DNA of 64,000 bases from a bacterium (lineage in GTDB: Bacteria > RBG-13-61-14 > DATKZS01): contig CAXXFL010000003.1 of assembly GCA_963674965.2 (NCBI GenBank), positions 480,001-544,000 on the forward strand, given 5' to 3'. Both the position numbers and the translations under genes were made by a program. The notes beneath the pieces were generated by a model, which was given only the letters and a program-made list of their open reading frames with translations, was not told the origin of the DNA and did no database searches. Shown here in pieces: positions 18,359 through 27,968 of this stretch (position 1 is its first letter; each line of letters starts with the position of its first letter).

Positions 18359-20101
18359 TTGGCTGACCGGAAAGCCGGCCTTCCCTGGGACGCCCGGCCC
18401 GGGGCCTGGACGGCCGGGGCGCTGGCGCTGGCCCTGGTTTTGGGGACCGCGGCCCACGTCCTTTCCTGGGCCATGCTCGACCCGGCCTTCCACGAGGACT
18501 TCATCCGCTACTTCTACATGGCCGAGAGTTTCCTCGATCTCGACTGGGACCACGCCCTCCAGTACCATTACCCGCCGCTGTTCTCGATCTACCTGGCCGC
18601 CTTCGCGCTCTTCGCGGAAAACTCCGACCAGGCCGAGACGGCCGGGCGGCTGGCCTGCCTGGTCCTGGCCCTTCTCGCCGCCTTCCCCGTGTATTTTTTG
18701 TCCCTCAAGGTCTACAATCGGACCGTCGCGATCATGGCGGCCGTCATGGTCACGATAAAATTTTCCCAGCCCTTTTACTCGCCCCTCCAGTGCGACGCCG
18801 AGGCGCTCCTTATCCTGCTCGTCTACGCGGCCCTCATCGTCGGGCTTTACGCCCTCGAGCGCGAGAGCCCGCTCCTTTCAGCGGCCGCGGGGGCCCTTTT
18901 CGGCCTGGCCACCCTGGCCAAGATGGAGGGGCAGGCCTTTTCTTTTTTCTGGTTTTTTCTGCTGCTGGTCCACCTTGTCTGGAAGAAGGTCGCCTGGAGG
19001 AAGTCCCTGGCCATGGCGGCCGTCTGGTGGGTCTTTTACGTCGGAGTGCAGACGCCCTACTTGGGGGCTTATTACCGGGACACGGGAGTGGTGAGCCTCA
19101 ATCCCAAGATAGGCATACTCTATTTCAGCCATAACGCCAGGGACTGGTACAAGGACGCTTACGGCCTGAGAAAGGACGACAAGGGTCTTTATACCAATTT
19201 CCAGAGGGTGGTAGCGGAGGGTGACCACAACCCGGCCCGGGTGAGCGCCGGCGGGTACTTCCTCGACAATATTGGCAACATGATCCGGATGTACGTCTCG
19301 CGGGTGGGGGAGACTTTTAAAGACGTCGTGCCCGAGTACCTGAAGGCGCTCATGCCGGCGGGGGCCTTACTGGGAGGTCTCGTGGCGCTGGCCGGCTTTT
19401 TCAGGCGGGACTGGACGAGGGACCAGGCCCGACGCGAGGCCTACCTTGTCAGCTTTGGTCTCATGACCCTTTTCAGCGTTCCTCTTTTCAATCCCTGGTC
19501 GCGCTACTTCGCCCCCATGATACCCATCTGGGTCATGCTTTTCGCCCGGGGCCTCGAGCGGCTCTCCCTCTTGGGCGGGGTCATTCTCGATAAAAAGCTC
19601 TCGCCCACTTCCGCGGGGAGGGCGCGGCTGGCCCTTGTGGCCGGGCTTTTGTTTCTATCCGTCCTGCCCGATTTCATTTTGCCCTTTAAGATGGAGCCCG
19701 ACCGGAGGTACCGGGAGATCGCGGAGGACAGGAAGGTAGTGGCCCGCTGGCTGGGCCGCCATCTTACGCCCGGAAAAAAGATCATGAGCCGGTGGTCGGT
19801 GGCCCCCTTTTGGTACTTGATAGGCGGCCACCCGGAGATGGACGTGTTCGTTCCGGCCAACGACCTGGCCGGCGTGGTGGCCTACGCCCGGCAGGAGGAC
19901 GTCCAGTTCCTGATAATCGAGGGCGGGGATTTCCTGGCCCGGAACCCGGACCTGGTCCCTCTTTTCAGCTCGAGCTTCAAAAGCCCGGACCTGGTCATGG
20001 CGGACGTAATAAAGGGACCCAACAAAAAGGACTACGTCATTTACCTGGTGCGTCCCGGCCCCTACGAGGACTACGAGCCTCCTCCCCTGACGCCTTTTTA
20101 G
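18359..20101 (+). CDS. GT-C fold membrane glycosyltransferase (ArnT/PMT-like)
   Basis: TM1 followed by acidic motif HEDFIRY, YPPLF, multiple TMs, GLATLAKME, RYFAP, C-terminal periplasmic domain. Confidence 0.72.
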   Translation: MADRKAGLPWDARPGAWTAGALALALVLGTAAHVLSWAMLDPAFHEDFIRYFYMAESFLDLDWDHALQYHYPPLFSIYLAAFALFAENSDQAETAGRLACLVLALLAAFPVYFLSLKVYNRTVAIMAAVMVTIKFSQPFYSPLQCDAEALLILLVYAALIVGLYALERESPLLSAAAGALFGLATLAKMEGQAFSFFWFFLLLVHLVWKKVAWRKSLAMAAVWWVFYVGVQTPYLGAYYRDTGVVSLNPKIGILYFSHNARDWYKDAYGLRKDDKGLYTNFQRVVAEGDHNPARVSAGGYFLDNIGNMIRMYVSRVGETFKDVVPEYLKALMPAGALLGGLVALAGFFRRDWTRDQARREAYLVSFGLMTLFSVPLFNPWSRYFAPMIPIWVMLFARGLERLSLLGGVILDKKLSPTSAGRARLALVAGLLFLSVLPDFILPFKMEPDRRYREIAEDRKVVARWLGRHLTPGKKIMSRWSVAPFWYLIGGHPEMDVFVPANDLAGVVAYARQEDVQFLIIEGGDFLARNPDLVPLFSSSFKSPDLVMADVIKGPNKKDYVIYLVRPGPYEDYEPPPLTPF

Positions 20102-20107
20102 CTTCCC

Positions 20108-23100
20108 TTAGGCGTCCTCCTCGTCCACGGAGCACTCGTAAACCTGGGCCGTGGTCGACTGGAGACGGTCGGAAAGCACCTGGGTAATGTTGTAGAAGAC
20201 CTGGGTGGATATCCGGGGATAACGCCTCTGCAGGCGGTGGAGCGTCTGCTCGTCCAAAACGAAAAGCTTGACCCTGCCCTCGGCCCGGGCCGAGGCCGAG
20301 CGAGTGGTGTGGCGCAATAGGGCCATCTCGCCAAAGGCGTCGCCCGGCTGGATGGTGAAAAGGGTCACCTCGTTCTCGCCCTCGCCCTTGACGATCTTGA
20401 CGTAGCCCTTGAGCACGATGAACATCTCATTACCCATCTCGCCCTCGCGTATGATGAGATCCCCGTCCTCGTACTGGTCCGTGTGTCCCATCAGCACGGC
20501 GACCTTGGCCTGGTGGTTGGACAGGCCGTGGAAGATTTTGATGTAATGGGCGGGGTTGTCGCCGATCTCGAGGTCCAGAAGGTCCCACAGCGTTATAATG
20601 GGAACGCTTATCATCAAGGTGGGCAGGATGACCAGGTTCGAGGAAAGGGCGATGAGCATCATGACCGCCGTGAGAATTCCGAACTGGCGGATGGGCACGA
20701 AGTCCGAGGCCAGGAGAATGATAAAGCCGAAGAAGAGGGCCACCGAGGTGAAGATCATGGGCTTGCCCATTTGCTTTAAGGAGTTGATCATGGCCTCGGT
20801 CTGGTCCCGCGTCTTTTGCAGCTCCATGTTGTAGCGGTTGACGTACTGGATGGTGTCGTCCACCCCGATGCCCAGGGCGATGGCCGCGATCAGGCTGGTC
20901 GAGAAGTTGAGGGTAATCCCCGAGTATCCCATGATCCCGAAGAGCATGAAGATGGGAAAGAGGTTGGGCAGCATGGCCATAAGACCGATTTTGGGCGAGA
21001 GGAAAAGAAGGCTCATGATGACGAAGATGGCGATCAGGGCCGTGCCCAGGCCGCTGATCTGTCCCCTTGAGACGGCGTCGGCGCTCCTGTTCATGAGGTG
21101 GATGGTGCCGGTCACGTGAACGGTAACGTGAGGCCAGGGGAACTCATCCTCGCTGGGGGCGGGAAGGCCCAAGAGATCGCCATCTTCCCCGGCCCCGACC
21201 GAGGCCGTGCCCCCCGCCGCCGGAGTCGAGTCCGGCCCGGCCGCGTCCTCGTCCTTTTTCTCGTCCTTGCCGTCGCCCCAGTCCACGGCTTCCTCGGGGC
21301 CCGAGTCCTCGTCCCCCCAGGCGACCTCGTCCTCCTCCGGCGCCTTGGAGTCTCCGTCCCAGTTCACCACGTCCTCGTCCGCGTCGTCCCAGGCGACCAG
21401 CTCCTCGCCCTCGGCCGCCCGCACCGGGGCGGGGGACTGACTCTTGACCGGCGTCGAGCGAATGGTCCTTTTCGGCTGGGCGAAAATCTCCTTGGCCTTT
21501 TGCTCGATCCTGGAGATGGCCTTGTTGGTCTCGGTGCTGCCCACCAGCCGGCTCCGGATCAAAACGTTCGCCGCCGAGTAATCGGTGGTTATGTAGGGCG
21601 CGAAGTCCTGGGGCGAGCCCGAGGTCGAGTAGAGGAACAGTATCTGGCTGACCTCGAGGGGCGTGTCCGGAATGGCGTAATAGGCGGGGTCGTTCTGATG
21701 GAAGGCCTGGGAAAGGAGCTTGACGTAGTCGGCCATGCTCAAGGTCGCGTCTATTCCCTCGACCTCGGTCTCGGCCCATTTCTGCAGTTCCTCGATCCTC
21801 TTGAGCATGGCCGGGTGCTTGAAGACCTCGGCCCGGTCCGCCTCGAGCACGATGTTGAATGGCGCGGCCCCCGCCAGGTGGTCCGCCTGGGCGTACACCG
21901 ACACCATGACGGGGTCGTCCTTGGCGAAAAAGGACAGGAAGTCCGTGTCGATCTTAACGCTGTATATCCCGTACAGGGACAAAAGGACCAGGACGGTCAC
22001 CCCGGCGAAGACCCCGGTTTTATGACGCACGTTGAACTGGGCCAGGCGGTCCAGTATTATCTCGATGGTCTTAGAGCCCGGACCCTCCCCCATCTTGGCC
22101 GCCTTCCTGGGCTTCTTCATCAGCATGAGGGAGCTGGGGATCACGAACAGGGCCACGATGACCGAGAATATTATTCCCACCGTCGCGGCGAAGCCCAGGT
22201 CCTGGATGGCCGGTATCCTGTTGAGGATCAGGGAGGCGAAGCCGACCATGGTGGTGAAGCCGCAGACCACCACCGGCAGGGCTATGTTCTTCAGGCTGGC
22301 CCTCACTATCTCGGGCACGGAAAGCTCCTCCTCCACCTCCGCGTTGTAGTCGCTCATCATGTGGATCGAGTAGGAACTGGAAAGCGCCAGCATCAGCGGC
22401 GGCAATATGATGGAAACCAGAGTGATGGGAATATTGGCCGCCTCCATGAAGCCCACCGCCCAAAGGGTGGTCATGACGATGGCCACAAGGGGAAGAAGAA
22501 CGCCCCGGACCTGCCGGTAGCTTATGACCAGGGTGGTCACGATAAGAAGGAAGGTCATGGGAAGAAGCTTCTTGAGGTCCTTGACCATCCGCTTCTCGAT
22601 CTCGACCCGCGTCTCCGGCACCCCCGCCAGATGAAGGCCGTCCCCCCTCGGGACCTCGAGCTTCTCCTTGGCCACCACCGACTTGATGGCCGTCATGACC
22701 TCCTTGTAGCGCCACCTCTGGCCCGTGAAGTCCTCGATAAAGATAAGGACCGCCGCGGCCCTCTCGTCACCGGAAACGAGGTTGCCAAGGTAAAGGGGGT
22801 TCCGTTTGATCTCCGACTTCAACTCGGACCACTCCGAGTCCGAGCGGGGAATACGAGGGATGAGGCGCTTGACCTCGATCGACTTCTGGTATTTGCCCGT
22901 CACCGGGTCTCGAGGAGCACGGATGGAGGGAACGTTGGTCAGGCTCACCGTCGAGACCACGCCGTCGACCCTGGCCACGTCCCGCGTCAGGGAATCGATT
23001 ATCTCGAGCCTCTTCTCCGTGAAGACCGACTCGCCCGGGCCCGTTACCAGGGCCAGGACCACGACCTGGTCGTTGCCGAAAAGTTCCTTGGCCTTCTCGA

Positions 23101-23260
23101 AGTAGGCCTTGTCGGGGTCGCCCTTGATAAAGAACTCGTCCGTCGAGGAGGAAAACTTGAGCCCGGGTATTTCATAGGCGAAATAAACGCTGATTATCAG
23201 ACTCGATATCAGCACCAGCACGGGGTGTTCCGTAACCAGTCTTTCGTAACGTTTAAACAT
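20108..23260 (-). CDS. MMPL/RND-family exporter fused to a C-terminal cyclic-nucleotide-binding domain
   Basis: Two RND TM repeats (YSIH, TTMVGFASL; ALGIGVDDTI) and C-terminal IIREGE.GNEMFIVLKG.V...FGEMALL..TRSASARA. Confidence 0.9.
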   Translation of the reverse strand: MFKRYERLVTEHPVLVLISSLIISVYFAYEIPGLKFSSSTDEFFIKGDPDKAYFEKAKELFGNDQVVVLALVTGPGESVFTEKRLEIIDSLTRDVARVDGVVSTVSLTNVPSIRAPRDPVTGKYQKSIEVKRLIPRIPRSDSEWSELKSEIKRNPLYLGNLVSGDERAAAVLIFIEDFTGQRWRYKEVMTAIKSVVAKEKLEVPRGDGLHLAGVPETRVEIEKRMVKDLKKLLPMTFLLIVTTLVISYRQVRGVLLPLVAIVMTTLWAVGFMEAANIPITLVSIILPPLMLALSSSYSIHMMSDYNAEVEEELSVPEIVRASLKNIALPVVVCGFTTMVGFASLILNRIPAIQDLGFAATVGIIFSVIVALFVIPSSLMLMKKPRKAAKMGEGPGSKTIEIILDRLAQFNVRHKTGVFAGVTVLVLLSLYGIYSVKIDTDFLSFFAKDDPVMVSVYAQADHLAGAAPFNIVLEADRAEVFKHPAMLKRIEELQKWAETEVEGIDATLSMADYVKLLSQAFHQNDPAYYAIPDTPLEVSQILFLYSTSGSPQDFAPYITTDYSAANVLIRSRLVGSTETNKAISRIEQKAKEIFAQPKRTIRSTPVKSQSPAPVRAAEGEELVAWDDADEDVVNWDGDSKAPEEDEVAWGDEDSGPEEAVDWGDGKDEKKDEDAAGPDSTPAAGGTASVGAGEDGDLLGLPAPSEDEFPWPHVTVHVTGTIHLMNRSADAVSRGQISGLGTALIAIFVIMSLLFLSPKIGLMAMLPNLFPIFMLFGIMGYSGITLNFSTSLIAAIALGIGVDDTIQYVNRYNMELQKTRDQTEAMINSLKQMGKPMIFTSVALFFGFIILLASDFVPIRQFGILTAVMMLIALSSNLVILPTLMISVPIITLWDLLDLEIGDNPAHYIKIFHGLSNHQAKVAVLMGHTDQYEDGDLIIREGEMGNEMFIVLKGYVKIVKGEGENEVTLFTIQPGDAFGEMALLRHTTRSASARAEGRVKLFVLDEQTLHRLQRRYPRISTQVFYNITQVLSDRLQSTTAQVYECSVDEEDA

Positions 23261-23474
23261 TTATGCCCACTTCATGCAAGGCGCTTTTTCGCGTTTGCGC
23301 TCCGGAGTATTGTTTCGCGCGGCTTTTTCAGCCCCTCTTCCCAACTCGCGTCCGGCCTCTTGGACCTCCCGTACTTTCGCGTTTAATCTCTATCACTTCG
23401 GCGTCGCGAAGGCAAGTCCCGGGTGGCCAATGGCCGGTATCCCGCGAAAAATTGCCCGCCCTCGCCCCCCCGGA

Positions 23475-23504
23475 TTGACGCGGACTTGCCTTAGTCCTTA
23501 TAAT
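23475..23504 (+). promoter_or_regulatory. Putative sigma-70 promoter
   Basis: TTGACG-18 nt-TATAAT, 11 nt upstream of ATG 23516. Confidence 0.6.
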
Positions 23505-23515
23505 GGCGTCCTAAC

Positions 23516-26191
23516 ATGGGGAAAAAATCAGACGCCTCGGACAAAAAGAGGAAAAAAGACGAGAAGTCCTCCGGCCTTAAATCCAAGCCGGACGGCCCGG
23601 ATACCGCCCTGGCGGGCGACAAGGAAAAAACAGACGCCGCGCCGGATGAAAGGGGCTTCCTCTCGAGGCATTGGGACGTCTGGCTCCTTTTTATACTCCT
23701 CGTGGTCGGGCTGTTTTTCAGACTGTCGGTCACCCTTTGGGAGCCCATGATATTTCCCGACTCGACCCAGTACGCGAGCCTGGCCAGGGAAATAAGGAGC
23801 GGCGAGTTTTTCTCCTCCTCCTACAGGATCGAGGAGGGATTTCACAAGTCCCGGAGGCTTCCACCCTTGTACCCCGCGCTCCTGGCCCCCTTCGCCTCGG
23901 CCGGAACGGATATTGACCACGTGGGCATAGCCCTGTCCATCGCCATGAGCCTGGCGGCCATGGTCATACTCTATCTGGCCGGCGTCATGTTGTACGGAAA
24001 AAAATCGGCCCTCGCCGCCGCCGGCGTCGCCTCCTTTCACACCTTCACCATATGGTATGCATGGCCCATGCTCACGGAGGCGACCTTTACCGCGCTCTAC
24101 ATGGGCGTCATCCTGGCCTCGGTTTACGCCCTCAAAAAGCCCTCCCTCACGGCCTTCGTCCTCTGCGGGGTAATGGGGGCGCTTTGCTACATGACCAGGG
24201 ACGTGGGAGTCTCCGCGGCCTTCGTCGCCGCGGGAGGGGCCGCCTTCAAGCTGGGCTTTATCGACCGGATCGGATGGAAAAAGACGACCCTTTTCACGGC
24301 GGCCGTGATTTTGGCCTTCCTGGCGGCGGCCTCACCCTACCTCATCCACATACGGGCGAGGACCGGCTCATGGGGACTGACCGTGCAAATGGAGGACACC
24401 AGCGTCACCGAGCAGATGCAGCTTTTCGGCGGCGACCGCTTCGACCGCGACCGGCTCAAGGGCAAGGAAAAACAGACCAAGCTCATCGGCGGCAGGGAAG
24501 CCAGGGGGGGGCTCGACCTCGTCTTCCTGGCGCCGGGCCTTATGAAAAAGCTCGTCCTCAACATGATCAATTACGGGTCCGAGCTCCTCTATAAATGGGA
24601 CCCCACGGTCACGGGATTCATGGCCGTGTCCATTATCGCGACCCTGGCCGCGTTCAAAAGAAAAAAAGACTACGCCGAGCTTATGCTCGGGTTATGGACC
24701 TTCGTCTGGATACTCCAGCTCTGGGCCCTTTACGCCCTTATCACTCCCTACATGGTGGACGACAGGTACATGTATCCCCTTATGGCGCCGGCTATCTTGA
24801 TGGCCGGCCACGGAGCGGCCGCGGGGGCCGAGTGGATGATCGAGACCCTGTCGGGGGAAAGGCCGGCCCGTCCCGAGTTCTGGAGACGAGTCGTTCCTCT
24901 CCTCGCCCTGGCCGCCGTCTTCTCGGCCCTGATGGGAGGCATGACCGAGCCGGACTCGGTCAAGCGCTTCGCCATGTTAACCTCAAGAAGCCCCGAGTAC
25001 GCCTATTACTTCACCATGATCGGGGCAACGTCGCTTTTCTGTCTGGCCGCGGCCGGGCTGGCGCGCTTTTTTCCCGACTCCTGGTATAGGAACGAGAGGT
25101 TCTATATCCTCGCGCCCGCGCTTCTCGCGGCGGGGCTGATACTTTTGGTTTTTCCGGACGTCACCTCCAACTTTAACGAGTCCATATTGGCCCGTCCCGT
25201 GGGCGGCAAAAAAATGGAGGCCCTGGTCCTGGGCCGGGTCCTTTTCAGGAAAGACCTTTACAAGTACGCGCCCGCGCTTTTTTGCCTCGGTCTTTTCGTG
25301 ACCTCCATCTTGCGCTGGTCCCTTAAGGGAGGCAAGGCCGATCCACGGACGGCCTCGGCGTCATTCATCGCCGTTTTCGTCTTAAGCGTCTTCCTGGCCC
25401 ACCTGCCCGATTATATGGACCTTAAAGACCGCATGGACCCCCACTCCCTGGCCAATAAATATTCCGCGGGCCACAAGGAGGCGGCCAACGAGATGAAGAG
25501 TCTGGGGATAGTGCCGCCCGGCAAGATCATATGCTCGAGAAAGACCTTCATGGCCTATTACCTTGAGGGAACGTGGTACATGGACCACGAGAAAAAAGAG
25601 CCCATCCCCAAGACCATGGACGAGGTCAAGGAACTGGTGAAGTCCGGCAAGATAGACTACCTGGTGGCGGACAGCTTCACGCTTAAGAGCGTGCGTCCCG
25701 CCATTGTCCGGCTGGCTTACGGGCTCGATCGTATCCCCGGCGCCAGGGTGGTTTACAGCCGTTTTTTCCCGAACTACCAGCGGGTCATCACCGTCTACGA
25801 GGTGGGGAGCGAGGAAAGCCTCGCCGTCCCCTACGGCCGAAGCAAAAGAGAGCGCCTGGACGCCGCGAGAAGCCTCATGCAAAAGGGATACTACCACTTC
25901 GCCCTCAAAGAGATAAACGCCGCCCTGGCCGAGGACGAAAACGACCGGGAGGCCCTTTTACTGGCCGGCCAGATATTCGCGTCCTATTACGCGACCCTGC
26001 TGGGATCCAGGCTGCCCACCATGGCCCTGGACCCCGAGGTCCTGCCCACCCTGGTGAGCGTCTCCCAGAAGTACGCGGAGGTGGCCCCGGACGATCCTCA
26101 GTCCGCGGAAAAGGCGGCCCACTTCAGGAGAATGTTCGAGGCGGAAAAAAATGAAATTATGGAAAAGGCGCGATCGAGAAACGGAAGGTAA
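23516..26191 (+). CDS. GT-C fold (GT39-like) membrane glycosyltransferase with C-terminal TPR-like helices
   Basis: FPDSTQYASLA, PPLYPALLA, LTEATF, YMTR, DRYMYPL; extra TM block; C-terminal A-rich helical repeats. Confidence 0.75.
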   Translation: MGKKSDASDKKRKKDEKSSGLKSKPDGPDTALAGDKEKTDAAPDERGFLSRHWDVWLLFILLVVGLFFRLSVTLWEPMIFPDSTQYASLAREIRSGEFFSSSYRIEEGFHKSRRLPPLYPALLAPFASAGTDIDHVGIALSIAMSLAAMVILYLAGVMLYGKKSALAAAGVASFHTFTIWYAWPMLTEATFTALYMGVILASVYALKKPSLTAFVLCGVMGALCYMTRDVGVSAAFVAAGGAAFKLGFIDRIGWKKTTLFTAAVILAFLAAASPYLIHIRARTGSWGLTVQMEDTSVTEQMQLFGGDRFDRDRLKGKEKQTKLIGGREARGGLDLVFLAPGLMKKLVLNMINYGSELLYKWDPTVTGFMAVSIIATLAAFKRKKDYAELMLGLWTFVWILQLWALYALITPYMVDDRYMYPLMAPAILMAGHGAAAGAEWMIETLSGERPARPEFWRRVVPLLALAAVFSALMGGMTEPDSVKRFAMLTSRSPEYAYYFTMIGATSLFCLAAAGLARFFPDSWYRNERFYILAPALLAAGLILLVFPDVTSNFNESILARPVGGKKMEALVLGRVLFRKDLYKYAPALFCLGLFVTSILRWSLKGGKADPRTASASFIAVFVLSVFLAHLPDYMDLKDRMDPHSLANKYSAGHKEAANEMKSLGIVPPGKIICSRKTFMAYYLEGTWYMDHEKKEPIPKTMDEVKELVKSGKIDYLVADSFTLKSVRPAIVRLAYGLDRIPGARVVYSRFFPNYQRVITVYEVGSEESLAVPYGRSKRERLDAARSLMQKGYYHFALKEINAALAEDENDREALLLAGQIFASYYATLLGSRLPTMALDPEVLPTLVSVSQKYAEVAPDDPQSAEKAAHFRRMFEAEKNEIMEKARSRNGR

Positions 26192-26263
26192 AGGACGGCC
26201 CCGCCATGACGGCGGAGCGGGGTACGTGGAAATAATAATCGCGACCGGGAAGGAGAGGGAACA

Positions 26264-27910
26264 ATGAGATCGATACTGAAGACGATGGCGTTGGCGGCGG
26301 CCCTGGCCGCTTTGGGGCTCGGCTGGAGCGCGGCCCGGGCGGGCCTTTGCGAGGACCCGGTGGACACGGACCAGGGGGCCTTCATGGGGGCCGAGGACAT
26401 CGAGACGGCGACCTGCTCGTGGAAGGGCGTTCCCTACGCCGCGCCGCCGGTGGGCGAGTTGCGCTTCCGGGCGCCCAGGCTCCCGGAGAAGCGGGAGGGC
26501 GTGACGCCGGCCATTTCCTTCGGTCCCCGCTGCATGCAGACCGGGACCATGGAGGCGGTCAACGCCGACCCCTCCGGCAAGATGAGCGAGGACTGCCTGT
26601 ATCTTAACGTCTGGCGTCCGGCCAAGTCGGGTCAGTTCCCGGTGATGGTCTGGATTCACGGCGGCGGCTACACCGGCGGAACCGGCAACACCCCCATGTA
26701 CTGGGGCGACAGGATGGCCGAGGCGGGCGACGTGGTGGTGGTGACCATCAACTACCGCCTTAACGTCTTCGGCTTCATGGCCCATCCCGGGTTCAGGGAG
26801 GAGGACCCCAACGGGGCCGCGGGAGGATACGGCTCCCTCGACCAGGTGGCCGCCATCGACTGGGTCCACCGCAACATAGAAGGGTTCGGGGGCGACCCCG
26901 GTAACGTGACCATATTCGGCGAAAGCGCCGGGGGATGGAGCGTCTGCACCATGCTGGCCACGCCCCTCAACCAGGGAAGGATACACAAGGCCATCCTGCA
27001 CAGCGGCGGATGCGAGGCCAGCGCCTCACTCGAGAAGGGATACGACCAGGCCAGGAAAATCGCGGAAAAAGTGAGATGCGATTTCAACGACCTCGATTGC
27101 CTCCGCGAAGTCCCCGCCAAAAGACTGCTTCGCGCCACGGGCAACACCATTACCGACGGCTTCGCGTGGGTACCCCATCACGACGGGTACCTGCTTACGG
27201 CCGCCCCCATCGACATGATTAAGGAGGGGGACTATAACCGCGTGCCCTTTATCGCCGGATACAACCATGACGAGGTCTCCAGGCTCCTCAAGCTCATCCC
27301 CAATTTCCAGTACGCCAGGGCCAAAAATTATCCCGGCCAGATGGCGAAGTTCCTGGGCATGGACGAACAAGAAAAACGGGAACTCGATTCACTCTATCCC
27401 CTGTCCGACTACTCGGGCAGGCCGGTCAAGGCCTTCGGCGCCATGGGCACCGAGGGCATCCTCGGCTGCCCCACCTACAACGGGCTGGCCGCCGCCGCCG
27501 AGCATCAGCCCGAAACCTACCTTTACCGGTTCGACTTCGACGACATGAAACTGGGAAGGGGCATCGGCGCGGTGCACGCCATGGAGATTCCCTTCGTGTT
27601 CGACTCCCTGGACAGGGAACCCATAAGCCTTCTTTACGATAAGAACCGCCTCGAGATAGCCGAGCCCCTCTCGAGGGACATGCAGAGCTACTGGCTTAAT
27701 TTCGCCAAGACCGGCGACCCCAACGGCAAGGACGTGAGGGGCAAGGACCTGCCCCAGTGGCCGCGCTTCACCAACGACGACCCCAGCCTGATGGTCTTCG
27801 ACGTTTACGTCCGGGCGGAGGACGCCAAAATGAAGGAGCGCTGCGATTTCTGGCTCGAGTACGGAAAGAAATACGGCGCCATCGCCCAGACCATGGGCAA
27901 CGTGGATTGA
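26264..27910 (+). CDS. Secreted carboxylesterase type B
   Basis: Signal peptide; GVPYAAPPVGELRF, SEDCLYLNVW, WIHGGG, FGESAGG nucleophile elbow, AVHAMEI. Confidence 0.95.
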   Translation: MRSILKTMALAAALAALGLGWSAARAGLCEDPVDTDQGAFMGAEDIETATCSWKGVPYAAPPVGELRFRAPRLPEKREGVTPAISFGPRCMQTGTMEAVNADPSGKMSEDCLYLNVWRPAKSGQFPVMVWIHGGGYTGGTGNTPMYWGDRMAEAGDVVVVTINYRLNVFGFMAHPGFREEDPNGAAGGYGSLDQVAAIDWVHRNIEGFGGDPGNVTIFGESAGGWSVCTMLATPLNQGRIHKAILHSGGCEASASLEKGYDQARKIAEKVRCDFNDLDCLREVPAKRLLRATGNTITDGFAWVPHHDGYLLTAAPIDMIKEGDYNRVPFIAGYNHDEVSRLLKLIPNFQYARAKNYPGQMAKFLGMDEQEKRELDSLYPLSDYSGRPVKAFGAMGTEGILGCPTYNGLAAAAEHQPETYLYRFDFDDMKLGRGIGAVHAMEIPFVFDSLDREPISLLYDKNRLEIAEPLSRDMQSYWLNFAKTGDPNGKDVRGKDLPQWPRFTNDDPSLMVFDVYVRAEDAKMKERCDFWLEYGKKYGAIAQTMGNVD

Positions 27911-27968
27911 TCGGGCCTATTCCCCTGAGCCGGGGCCCGGACCACGCCGGGCCTTGGGCCGGGGGACC

